From: Catajapyx aquilonaris
Taxonomy: Eukaryota
DNA length: 20,000 bases
Reading direction: 5' to 3'
NCBI GenBank assembly: GCA_000934665.2
Contig: KZ538502.1
Coordinates: 45,847 to 65,846, forward strand
Part shown: piece by piece, positions 1 to 11,037 of the stretch
Numbering within the stretch: position 1 is the first letter of the stretch
How the letters are laid out: every line of letters starts with the position of its first letter
Program-made: the position numbers and the translations under genes
Notes under the pieces: generated by a model
Databases searched by the model: none
What the model was told of the DNA's origin: nothing
What the model saw: only the letters and a program-made list of their open reading frames with translations

Positions 1-1250
1 TAGTCATACAAGGTCATCAGCAAACTGTAAACAATGGAACTCCTTTGTTCCGGGTCCAAAATTAACTCCTGGTACATCATTTTCCTCCCATATTGTTGCC
101 AAATCTGCCAAAAACAAATTAAATAGAAGAGGAGATAAACGTTCCCCCTGAAGGACTCCCTTAGTGATTTTAATATTAGGATATCCATTCTGTCCAATAA
201 TAATTGAACCATTCTCATAGATCTTTCGAATTAATGCAATAATTAGTCTTCCTCCCAATCCTAGTCTTCCTGGGGAATCGAATAGTTTCTGGTGGGATAC
301 ATCATCGAAGGCTTGTAAGGTCGAGAAAGGCTGCAAAAAGTTTTCCTTTTGGTTTGGCTGTGTATTTTTGAATAATGATATTTAGTGTAAATAAGTGGTC
401 GCTGGTGTTCCTATTAGGCTGAAAACCCATCTGAAATTCAGGTAGAATGTCCCAATCTTCAGCTCACTTTCTTATTCTAGCTTCCATAATATATTGCTGT
501 AAGCACTTTAGTAACATTATTCAGTAGTAATATTGGATGGTAGTTTGCCGCTTCTAATGGATCCCCTCCTTTAAAAATAGGTATCACATTTACTGTGACC
601 AAATCAATCGATATTATCATGTCGTTTAGGAATTGATTGAAAATCGACAGTAGCATTTCCTTTAAAGTTGAGGAAGAGACAGACCAAAGTTCATTTGGAA
701 GCAAGTCAGGGTCTGTTGCTTTCCCTTTTTTTAAAAGTTTTTTCAAAGCTGTTTCTAGCTCTTGCATTTTAAAGTCAAGATCCAGCAGATGTGGCAGGTA
801 GATAGAGTACAATTCTAATGGACCTGATACCTCAGATTTGTAATAATCCGTTAAGTATCGAAACCAGTTACCTTCAGGTAGTTTCGTTGTTCTTGGTTTA
901 AGTTTGAATTTTTTAAGTGTCCCAAAAATCGTGTGAGTTATTAGACCCAATAAGTTTTTGAAGTGTATTTGAGAAGTAGGCCTACAGCTTTTTTTTTATG
1001 CTATCAGTTTTTTGGAGGCTCTATCCAAAAAGATTTTCTTACCAGACTCTTCGTTAGTTTTTTGCCATTTTTAAAATTCCAATCTGGTAGCTTTTTCGTA
1101 CTTCTCAGGCTGGGCGTGTAAGGCTCTTTAGGTTGTAACAATAAATCCATAATCGTTAAGTAGGTCTGTTAGTGTCAGAATCACGAATTGGGCCGCCTCT
1201 ATCATTGTTAAACCCTCCCATTTGCACTTATCTAACAGATGCAGGTTACT
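1..1250 (-). mobile_element. Degenerate non-LTR retrotransposon (LINE) ORF2 fragment, reverse transcriptase region
   Basis: RT motifs occur in order across broken frames: KGKATDPDLLPNELW and VIPIFKGGDPLEAANYHPILLLNNVTKVLT (ORF 477-950), ILPEFQMGFQPNRNTSDHLFTL (~380-450, own translation), then QAFDDV, GVLQGERLSPLLFNLFL and QFADDLV followed by a stop (ORF 4-336). Frameshifts and stops indicate a dead copy. The right boundary is approximate. Confidence 0.9.
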
Positions 1251-1448
1251 GAATATAAACCCTCAAGAGAGTTTTGTATCATTTAGCAACTTTGTGTAAG
1301 TACAAATACAGGTAATGATGCTGGTCACATGACATTCTCATGGATTTGTGATATTTTCAATTTGTGATCCGTCATGTCAGCACTTTAAAAAAACCGTCAA
1401 ATTTGGGAGGTTTTTGGTTTTTAGAATTGAAGATAAAGGATTCTCAAC

Positions 1449-4400
1449 CTGTACTAGCAAATGAAAATGCAGCTTTGTCTGAAGTGTATTCAAGTGTAAT
1501 ACCTTTGCATGCACTTGCAGGTAAACAAAGCATCGGTTGTGTGGTTCAAGAAAACCAGTTGGCTTTTCAAGGATGAGCTCCACTGGCTTCGCTGGTGATT
1601 CTTCTTTCAATTTTATTCCCCAGGCATGTGATTCACGTCCAGAAGGTACAGTTGACAACTGATCTGTACACTTTATGAAGCACCTGCAGTCCCATTCATC
1701 ACAACCTATGTACTCAGCTGAACAGGTGTACATTTCATTCAGATCTCCATGTATCAGCACAAATCGAGCCTTCACATCAGAGAGATTAAGAAGCTCTAAT
1801 GCAAATTCTTGTTCGGCACCCATATGCATGTGACCAAGGTCCACCCTGCACACCAAGCATAATGAAGCATCATTACGTAATTGTCATGAGGCCCTTGACT
1901 TTTAGGTGATTTTAGATGGCCGGTGGCTTTTACAAATTGAAAATTTGAAGTTTTGATTCACTTCATATGGGGCTTCTGATCATTAATTCATCATTCAGGG
2001 GCCAATAAAGAAATATCTTCCTCTAACAAATCTCAACTTACTGCAAGATAATTGGTTTTCATACAAATTATTACAACTTATAATCAAGACACCGAGTGTG
2101 TTTTAAAAAACACACAAATGAACACTTAAAATTCTAGTGGTAAAAAAAAGGGGGCAAACCGATCAATCCCAAAGACGACCTGTGGTCCGGCGAGACGAGT
2201 CCTGATCTCGTAGTGCATCATAAGAGGCACGTTCGCAAAGTGTGGATCAGCTGTCTTCGGCACTTGTGGGGTGATGTTGCCCTGCAGGAAGTGCCTGACA
2301 GGCATCTCAACAGTGCCTCCCACTTCCACTTTGAACTGGACAACATCTGCAGGAGCAAGGACAACCTCCTTGGGAGTGATCTTGACCCAATAGGTAGAAT
2401 TTTGGGTGAGAAGGCTGTAGACAGGGCGAGAAGGCCCTCCCATTGGAAAAACACGAGTAAGTCCCACACGCTGGACATCTGTAGAGGGTTTTCTTAATAA
2501 AGAAGCTGTGGATGCTCGCAGCACACACTTCCGAGTGGGATCTGGTGGTTAAAAGTAGGCTGCAGTCATGAACTGTGCTTAATGAGAGGTCAGTCAAAGT
2601 TCATTCCTTCCATACCTCCTATACGTTTCTCACCTGGAATGAACGTGTCATCCTCAGTAAGTCCCATAAATGGCGAAGGATTCTGCTCATCCCAGACCAC
2701 CTTGAATGGCCTTGGAGATGAGTTTATCAGCATGAAGGATCGCATTCTGGATTGCCCCACAGGTAGGTTCTTGTGCAGATGAATTCCAGGAGGAAAAAAC
2801 TCTGCCTTCAGAGGGTTACACCTGGTCCATATCTCTATCTCAGAGTGCAGCACTATTTTCTGCATCACCTCTACCATCACCCCAGGGTTAGGCCTCCAGT
2901 CATCCCGTGCCAGAAATGTCCAACTCATATTCGGAGTTGGCAAAAACATCGATGATTTGTACTCCTCCAGGGTTGCTCTTGGCAGAATACCATGGTCATC
3001 ATCAATTTCCTCTGGTCTAGATAGTTCTGGGATGCCAATCAAGCACAGGCTGCAGCAGAATGATCAATTGTTTTTCTAACAGTTCAATTTTATCATCATC
3101 ATCGACACACAAAACGTGGCATGTGTCAAAATGTTATTCCAACAATATTGAAAGTTCATGTGGTTAGATTACATCTTTCTTTCTTTTTCAGATTATCTAG
3201 GCACTCGAGACAGTAACTGCACAGAGTATTAACTCACCTGATCACTCTGCACCACAGCTGGTCATCTGCACATGCATCTGGCCCTCCTACCAGAGAGATC
3301 TCGCAGGTTACATTCCTCTTGGGGCGTATTATGCCACGGGCAGGTGTAATCATGAGTCTCCCCTGTCTGTCATCTCCAAAGTTAGAGTGCTCTTGCATAT
3401 GCCGTGGAAGGCGCACAGTCCACTCATATTTCAATTCAACATTCCTGCAAGCACAAGTGTTGGGCATTTTATGAACTCAGATTCCAAAGTAGTACAGATA
3501 CGAGTGACCTAACGTCCCATAGTTCAGACTAGGTCTGAACCTTAGCAAAATGCTTGCCATACATTACTAAAATTACCCCCAAAATTATCGGATGCCTCCC
3601 TTTTGCGACTCAAAAATTGTAAAAATTTTCCTTAAGAATAGTGAGAAAATCTGCAGAAAAACAGCGATACTTGGTACTAAAAATGTTAATATCAGCTGAC
3701 CCATGGTTTGTAAGGTTGATATTTTTCATGACAATCTCATTGGGTATTAAATCCTGATCCACATGAATAACATGTGAAATTGATGGGTCAGTGTCACATC
3801 CCTGTGGAGGAGGTGCCCAGGGGCCATCCACAGTCAGCATGTCGGGTGAGTAGACAATACATTTTCCAGTGATGGTGATCTGGCGGGATATGCCGTTGTC
3901 ACATAGCAGCATCAGTCCAATGGTGTGGACTGCCTCTTGAATAGGCATGAAGCGTATCTCCAGGTTCCAGGATGATTGAGACTTGCTCGGAATTTCAAAG
4001 TATGTTCCCTTCAGATGGAAACAGTTGAGAAGAAAATCCTGTGGACATCTGTCTGTCTTCCCCACTTGCTCCATCCACTATCACAGAATTTTAAAAAATA
4101 AAATTCATTATACTGAACAACTAATATTCCAACAGAAACCCAATCATCAAGCAACTCAAGTTGGCACGATTTGTATATTAATCCTTGCCCTCAAAAACTC
4201 AACAGGCAGCCAAGGACAAAAAAAAAAAAAAAAAAAACACCATCAATTGCTACCAATTCTTCACCAAATTTGTGCCTGGTCTAGGTTAAAAGAGATTTTG
4301 AAAGGCTTTAGAGAAAACCTAACTCACGTTCCATCCGTGACAATACCAATCATGGTCTGAAATCAGCCAAAACTTTCCTGGCAGTCCACCAGTATTGCTC

Positions 4401-6824
4401 ACTGTGCAGATTTTCTCTTTGCGGCCACCCAGGAAGCACGACCCTAAATGTATCTCTGATGGCACTGCAAATAAAAGAGCAAAACTATTGAAAATAAACT
4501 AACAAGTACTTAGTCGACAAAAATTGCTACCTGAAATGGGCTCATCAATTATTATTATTTGAGCATACAGGCCAGCCTGAATGTCATGCAGACAAGCTTA
4601 CAACAATCCATGTTACAAGGCTACCAAAAGTACACTGGAACTCTGGTGACATTTTTACTTCAACAGGAATGTATATTCGCAACAAATGAATGACACGACA
4701 TACTCCATGCGAACATGATGGCCATGATAAAAAGTACTCAAAGAAACGTTTAGGCAAAGGTGTCTTCAGTGCTAAACAACCAATCAGGTGGATAATTATA
4801 CTCATCAAGGAACATATTTTGTAAGTTTTCTAGGTTTGCAATCAATTTACTTATATGTAATTAGGTGTCTGCAACATAAATGGTCACTCACAATCCAATT
4901 TTGCCTGGTCTGCTATCCCCTTGATTGGGACGTTAATAGTAAATCCAGCTTCTGCATCGATGTGGAAGATGCTTTCAAAGACTCTGGTGGTAGGTGGAGA
5001 GAAGCGGACCCTTAGCCAGAAGGACATTCCAGGGGCCAGAATGCTGCTCCTGGTCTTGGGGCAATTTGCCCTGCCCCCTTGTGGATGCTTGATATCCTCT
5101 TCCCAGAACACGTGGAACACACCTGAGGTTATCTCACACAGATTTGGTGGAAGGAGAATCAGCCTGTCATGTGTTAGGCCCACATTCACTATCTGAACTC
5201 GCACCTGCACCACAAAATAACAATTGACAAGTTTAATATGTTTGAGTCGATAAATTCCTCTTGGTCCTGCCAACTTTTAAATGTTTGGACCACACAATAA
5301 ATTTTACCCCATATTTTACCATCATGGATTTGTGAATTGTACATGTTGATGTTATTACATACCTCATAAACACTGCCTGCCTCATACTCTTTAAATATGA
5401 CCTTCGGTGGTCGAGCTTCATATGCTACTGGAAGTTTGTCTCGAGGAACTTTCAGTGACTCAGATAACCAAGCCCCCTTTTTAATGATCTTCTTTTTATC
5501 TAGCTCCCAAAAGCGACGGTATTCTAATCTGGAAGGGGGAAATGTAAAAATTCTGTGCAACAGTTTTCCTGCTTAAAATTTATGTACTCAGTAATTTCTT
5601 GTATTTTTGGTACTCGTGGCTTAATTATTGGAGGCAATCTCACTACTGGTCTCTTCACCAGATTCTCCGTCAAGACTTTCACTACCAATAGAAACATACA
5701 TCAGTCACTTTACACACAATTTACAAGGTAAGCATGACATACCACTTTTGATCTGCTTCGACAGGATAGGTATGTCAAACACATCCTTTGGATTTATAAG
5801 GTACACGGCAAAGTCGTCAGGTGGCTCATATTGCGTCAGTGGGCTCTTCATAGTCAGACGCTCCAAAGAACTATGCATAGTGCCATGCTTCTCCTCAGAG
5901 AGCAGATTAACCATTAGATTCGCTTTGGATTGCATCAATTTATCCTCTACATTTAGTAAGGTCTCCCCCTTCACTCCATAGTCATACTCCAGCTGAAAGA
6001 ATCAAAAATATTCATTACCTTCCTTCTTTTCCCCCCCCATAGAAGCCCTTTTACATCCTACAAGCTTTATATTAGCTGTGTGTGGTACAGTACCATCACA
6101 CACATTTCCTTATGAGTGAGGAGAGAAGCGACTTCAAAAAGACTATTTGAGGGGTGTGGTGGAAAAACATAACTGACATTTTTGACCTAAACACCTAGCA
6201 ACTATGTATAAGACATGACAAACAGTTTGGTATACTCCAAGTTCACGTACCATGCCACACGGACTAGATCAAAATCAGCATTCCCCATGATTTGTTAAGA
6301 AAATGCAACCTTCAATTCGCTCTCCTGCAAAATTACACCTTTGTCAGTTCTCATGTTTTTCCACCACACCCCTCATTTGACGACATTGCCTGATGCAAGA
6401 CTTGGAAGTCCTAGCCAGATAAAATCCTGTGTGTTATCTTCAAATGGTGATCCAGTGGTTATGCTCAGGATAATACCATCTAAAAGCACATCATTTGCAT
6501 AATAAGAAGATTCTGAAGCTGCTCACAGGCAATTTACTAGTAACACTTCACCTTTTCAGCTTCTGCAGCATAGGTAGTGAGGCCTTCAGAGGCGGCAGTC
6601 ACTATCAAGCTCTTTGCCCTTCGCTCAGGAGCTTCTTGTGGTGGGTCCAGCAGAGGCCTGAAGGCTTTCAGGACGCATGCTGACATCTCCTGATCAAATA
6701 CAGCCGGATGTAATGGCAGCAAGGGTATTCCCTCCCTTCTATCCATTTTTTTTCTTGCAGTTGTCTTGTAAGGGAGGTGATCACACCCAAGGGACTTGTG
6801 GGTTGTTGACACATCTCCATGCAT
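1449..6824 (-). CDS. DLEC1: DLEC1/CFAP81-like cilia- and flagella-associated protein (tandem ASH/Ig-like domains); 11 coding exons, probably 3'-partial
   Basis: Phase-consistent GT-AG exon chain: 6552-6746 (or ATG 6824), 5743-5992, 5588-5681, 5363-5528, 4892-5204, 4328-4464, 3701-4077, 3238-3444, 2616-3049, 2160-2541, 1449-1845, about 984 aa from ATG 6746. Segments resemble vertebrate DLEC1 as recalled: DQEMSACVLKAFRPLL, YEARPPKVIFKEYEAGSVYE, LAPGMSFWLRVRFSP, LPSEIHLGSCFLGG...NTGGLPGKF, LLCDNG, NVELKYEW, GPQVVFGIDRVDLG. The last donor (1449) and the start codon are uncertain. Confidence 0.85.
4328..4464 (-). CDS. DLEC1: DLEC1-like exon not shown in the ORF track (LPSEIHLGSCFLGGRKEKICTVSNTGGLPGKFWLISDHDWYCHGWN)
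   Basis: Acceptor ttttatttgcag and donor gtgagt; the 137-nt length joins phase 1 to phase 0 as required. Resembles the DLEC1 'LDCGYCLIGG...NVG..GRF' segment. Confidence 0.85.
6149..6374. mobile_element. 226-bp MITE-like element with perfect 22-bp TIRs and a 4-bp ATTT target-site duplication
   Basis: GAGGGGTGTGGTGGAAAAACAT (6149-6170) and its exact reverse complement (6353-6374). Sub-terminal AACTGACA/TGTCAGTT pair. ATTT at 6145-6148 and 6375-6378. Lies in a DLEC1 intron. Confidence 0.8.
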
Positions 6825-7032
6825 CCTCAAGTAACAATATTAATGACGCCTGTTTGACTGAAGTCACAAGAAATGGTAATGAAATAAATAAGGATGCTCA
6901 TATTGCACTGGCTCACTTCTCAGTGTGGACTGTTCCCTACTTGAAAGTCTATTTTACTTTAACTCAGACCTGGATGCACCATGAAAGTAGATGCTCCATT
7001 GTAATCTGCACTCATGTTATTGTTTGCAAATT

Positions 7033-7046
7033 GTTGTCCCAATAAC
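7033..7046. promoter_or_regulatory. Candidate RFX X-box upstream of the DLEC1-like start
   Basis: GTTGTC-CC-AATAAC is an imperfect palindrome resembling the 14-bp X-box. It lies 200-290 bp upstream of the ciliary gene's candidate ATGs. Motif match only. Confidence 0.3.
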
Positions 7047-7302
7047 ATGTTAAAACTTAACCTGAATTTCATTTCCAGCTGAGAAAAGTACGACCCGAGA
7101 AGTGTGCATGCAGGATGACTTCATTTCCAAGCCAATTTGCTTCAACAAGTCTTCCTATATTTCCATACTGTGACTATAAAAAGTAATACTTTTACTGTTA
7201 TACAAATAAATACAACAACAAAAAATATGACAAAAGTACCCTCAAAAGGTTGGCTGAACTGTAGGTTTCGCCTCACTGACAAATTTTTATCTGGCACCAA
7301 TA

Positions 7303-7308
7303 TTTATT
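7303..7308 (-). terminator. Candidate poly(A) signal AATAAA for chiffon (3' UTR of about 1.9 kb)
   Basis: First minus-strand AATAAA I found downstream of the 9177 stop. A U/GU-rich tract follows at ~7200-7225. Confidence 0.4.
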
Positions 7309-8027
7309 GCTTTGCTGCCCCTTTAGAAATTAACACAGTAGTGTAAAATAAGAAATAATTTCAATCCAAATTGTGCCTTGTGAAGGGTTCATCTACTGAA
7401 CAGATAAGTTTGCTTACAGTGAAAAATTTCACTCCGTTCTACCACACCTTCCACATACTCAATATAAAACCTGGCTAACAATATAAAAAGTGGGAAAATG
7501 AAAATAAATTTGACGGGAAGGAAAAGAGCCTGTCACTCCAGAGCATTCTATCACTGGACCCTGTTTTTTGAGACTTCTCTACAGAAGGTAATGTCACTGT
7601 CATACAAAAACACTCACTGTACAATACATTACCATATGTGCAACAGTTTTGAAAATATCCAACAATCTTTTTATCCAGCATCACTAAAGAATTCCTTCCC
7701 TCCACACTTCTACGCTTGAATCCATGAAAATACAGCTCTTGCAAAACCAAACAGCCATACATCTGGTTGCAAACTTCATTTCGTGAATCAGAAAGTTGAC
7801 TGAGGACAACACCAGACTCCAAATAATATAATAACAAAGTTCCCTTCCTATGGACTGATATGACCATCTCCAAATAATGACCATTTCTTCCCTGTTGCCC
7901 CAAATGTACACCACTAATAAACCCATGTGCACCTCCTCAGTCAACTTACCAACTCATGAAACTTAATCCCATTTCCCACAGTAAAATACCCTACCTCCCG
8001 GAAACCGATTCATAGAAACATGTACAA

Positions 8028-8062
8028 ATACACATACATACATACATACATACACACACACA
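8028..8062. repeat. (TACA)n/(CA)n microsatellite
   Basis: tacacatacatacatacatacatacacacacaca. Confidence 0.85.
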
Positions 8063-9176
8063 CTCACTGGCACCTCCCTAACAGATGCTGATATGAACCA
8101 ATGTACACTATGGAGTGGAGTTTGGGATCACGTGAAGTTAGGGAGGAAGCCAAGTCAACACGCCACTCGCACATATATCTCTCTCTTCAACAAGCTCACT
8201 AAATTTTGTGGAAATGAATGTGAAAGAGAATGATGGAGTGAGCGCAGTTCCAGGTTTATCTTGCCTTTTTTTTTTGCTCCGACTATAAAGTGCATGTGAA
8301 ATCCATATCCACATCCAACAGGTTGCTTTTTTTTGCATACATGGACAAACCAAACTGCAATTGCCTTGACTAGAACCTGGTCCAAGCCTCAACTAATGAA
8401 CAAAAGTGAAAAAGGAAAAATGGTCCCAAACAGTTCCCATATTTTACAAGCATTAAAATGACGAGATCTCAGGTGTGTGGCCAATGTGAATCTCTGCTTC
8501 CCAAAGCTTCCCACTTTTTCCCTTATATCAACAAAGTGTTTCTGAATGATGAGGTAGGTTAGATTCAATATTACGTAAGCTTTTTGTAGGCACAGTTATG
8601 TTGCACTTGGAAAAGCAATTAAATCTTATGCAAAGGACCCCCATTAAAACTTCACCGAATACATACGATACATCGCATATGGAAAAAAAAAGGTTGGGCA
8701 ATTAGAGGACACTCAAATGTGTAGTACAAGTTGACAAAAAAGGTGACACATGACTGAGAACACAGGGTAAGAATATAGCACTGAGCACTCAGTCCAACCG
8801 TGTATAGGATGGCAGTAGGGATGACAAATATACCTGAAAATAACTGCCTTTTGAGCATGGAAATCGATACAAACATGTCAGACCGAAGTGCACAGTCAAC
8901 AAGGATGTCACTAAAATAAGGCAGTAATCAAGACCTGGGCAATATATATCCGCATGAAAAAGCACAGACGGTAAACAAGAAGAAATCAATAGCAAAGTGG
9001 GCCTATTACCATCCCTACCATACAGAGAAGGAAAGAGGATACAACAGAAGGGAACATTTCTGTTACTTCAGAACAACTTTGGTGGGCCAAATCAAAGCAG
9101 TTAAAAGAATCACTTTGGGTGGCAACAAAATAATGTTCATCACTGCAGGCTTATTCTAGGAGGAGCCAACAGCCAA

Positions 9177-11037
9177 TCAGAGGGACTTGCGAGTCCGGGT
9201 GGGCAGATAATCCACCTTCACAAGTATCTGCGACTTTGCTTGTCTTGGAAACTCTCGTCTGTGGATGGTGGATATCTCGCTTGGCGGAGAGGAAGGTGAT
9301 TCATTACTGGTCCGTTCCTCATGGTCGTCTTTTCCCTCTGACCTGCCCACACTTGCACTTTCAACTGGCTCTGCAATTGAGATGGGTGGCTTCTTCCTCT
9401 GCCTGGGCTTGTCTCTAGGCCACCCAGTCATGTTACGTTTCCTCTTCTTTGCACGTCTGAAAGGAGTCACTGTTGAGTCGGCCTCTGACGTAGTGCTCGT
9501 CACATCAGATCCTGCTCCGTTGTCACAAGTACCACTAACTGCGCCCTCCACCTTTTCCAGACAAGCACATGAACTAAATTCGCTCACCATGCTCACTACG
9601 TCTGGCTCACAAAATGTCACTGGATTAGGTGTTGGTCTCTTGAACTTCCTAGGTCGACCTCTAGTGGGAGTGGTCTTGACACTAGGTCCCAATCCAACCT
9701 CTAATCCAGCTGCACGAATATCCTCCTCATTAGCAACACCACCCACACCTTTAAGGTATGCCTCAAGGTCACCATCAGCTGACTCGAGAGCTGCCAGCCT
9801 CTGCCTTGAAATGCCCATCAGCAGTGCCAAAGTGGAGGCATGGCAACGAGGTGATTTGCGTGGCAATGATGAACTGGACTTTGACTTCCGTCGTCCTGGA
9901 CCAACTTTAGGATAGATCAAGTCCTGGGGAAGCTCATATGGGAGGAGGAAGTGCGGCTTCTCCTCCTTTGCATCAGGAACTGAGTTTGCAACATCACCAT
10001 TGTCTTGCCGCTGGTATGTCCTGAACCAGGGCTCTCCAACTGGGACACTCTCAAAACTAAACTTGAGTCGGGACATCCACTCTGGAAGATCTTGGTCTGG
10101 GTTGTCATTGGATTCCCGGCTCTCCTCATCTGTTAATGAAGCACGGCGATGGATCCTATGGGTTGAACGAAGCTTGGACGACAGGATCTCAAACTTGTAG
10201 TACTCATGGTTGTCTGATATAAGTCGCACTTCACAACTGCGTCTCCTCTTTTGCTTTGCCTCCTCCGAGTCGTCATCATCAGCCTCTGCCTCTGACTGAC
10301 CCCCCTTCTCTGAGGGACTTGCATCTTTGCCTTTTAATTCTTCATCACCCTCGACAAGTTCTGATTCCGCTTCAAGTCCAGCCTCTTTCGCCCCAAATCC
10401 CATCTCTTCTTTAAGGCCCCCTCCTTTCCCTTCCCTACGCTTCTCTTTCTCTGAAAGCACTGCTTCTTTTTCACCAGGCTCCTCTTCACTGTCCTCCTCG
10501 TCACTGGAATCTTGCTCACCAAACAAGAACACTTCTGCCTCACTCAAGCACATCTGCGAAGCATTCCTCCTCACCTTAACCCGCCTCCTCTTCAAGCTAT
10601 CACCATTCACATGCTGCCTGCTTGAACGCAACTTTGAGGGAAGCACTTCCACTTTGTAGTACTGCTCATTGTCTCTCAGAAATTTCTCGTCACCGGCCAC
10701 CTTTCGACGCTTCTGCTGGCAATCACGCTTTAGGAACTCGATGGATGCGAGCCCATTGCTCACTGCACTTAAGGCACTCTTGCTGGATGCCAGGTTGTTG
10801 TTGTTCGTCGATACCATTCCGCTGACTGTCCGTCTTCGTTGGCCATTGAATGTTCCTTCCACAAGCACTGGTCGTTTTTCCTTGGCAGGGTAACTGTTTG
10901 TCCATGTGGCCGAAGGGGCAATGCGTTGATCCCCATAGGTAGTTCCGTTGCGGAGTGTCAGTCCCTTCTTGATTTGAGGTTCTGAGTAAACTCTGGCACT
11001 TCGGAGGCAACGTCGTACTGGCTCCTCCTCACTATTT
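9177..11037 (-). CDS. chif: chiffon terminal exon (619 aa): Chiffon-type C-terminal region with AT-hook
   Basis: Acceptor ttttcttctcgtccag (phase 2). Blocks FSFESVPVGEPWFRTYQRQD, LLPYE, PRKSPRCHASTLALL, AT-hook TRGRPRK (~9645-9665) and KRNMTGWP resemble insect Chiffon C-termini as recalled. Confidence 0.88.

Noticed and set aside
7475..8995. Short minus- and plus-strand ORFs between chiffon and DLEC1
   Set aside because: AT-rich sequence with homopolymers and a microsatellite, consistent with the chiffon 3' UTR; no splice-supported frame.
9265..10893. Plus-strand ORFs of 66-216 aa opposite the chiffon terminal exon
   Set aside because: These are antisense shadows of a long coding exon, Ser-rich and without motifs.
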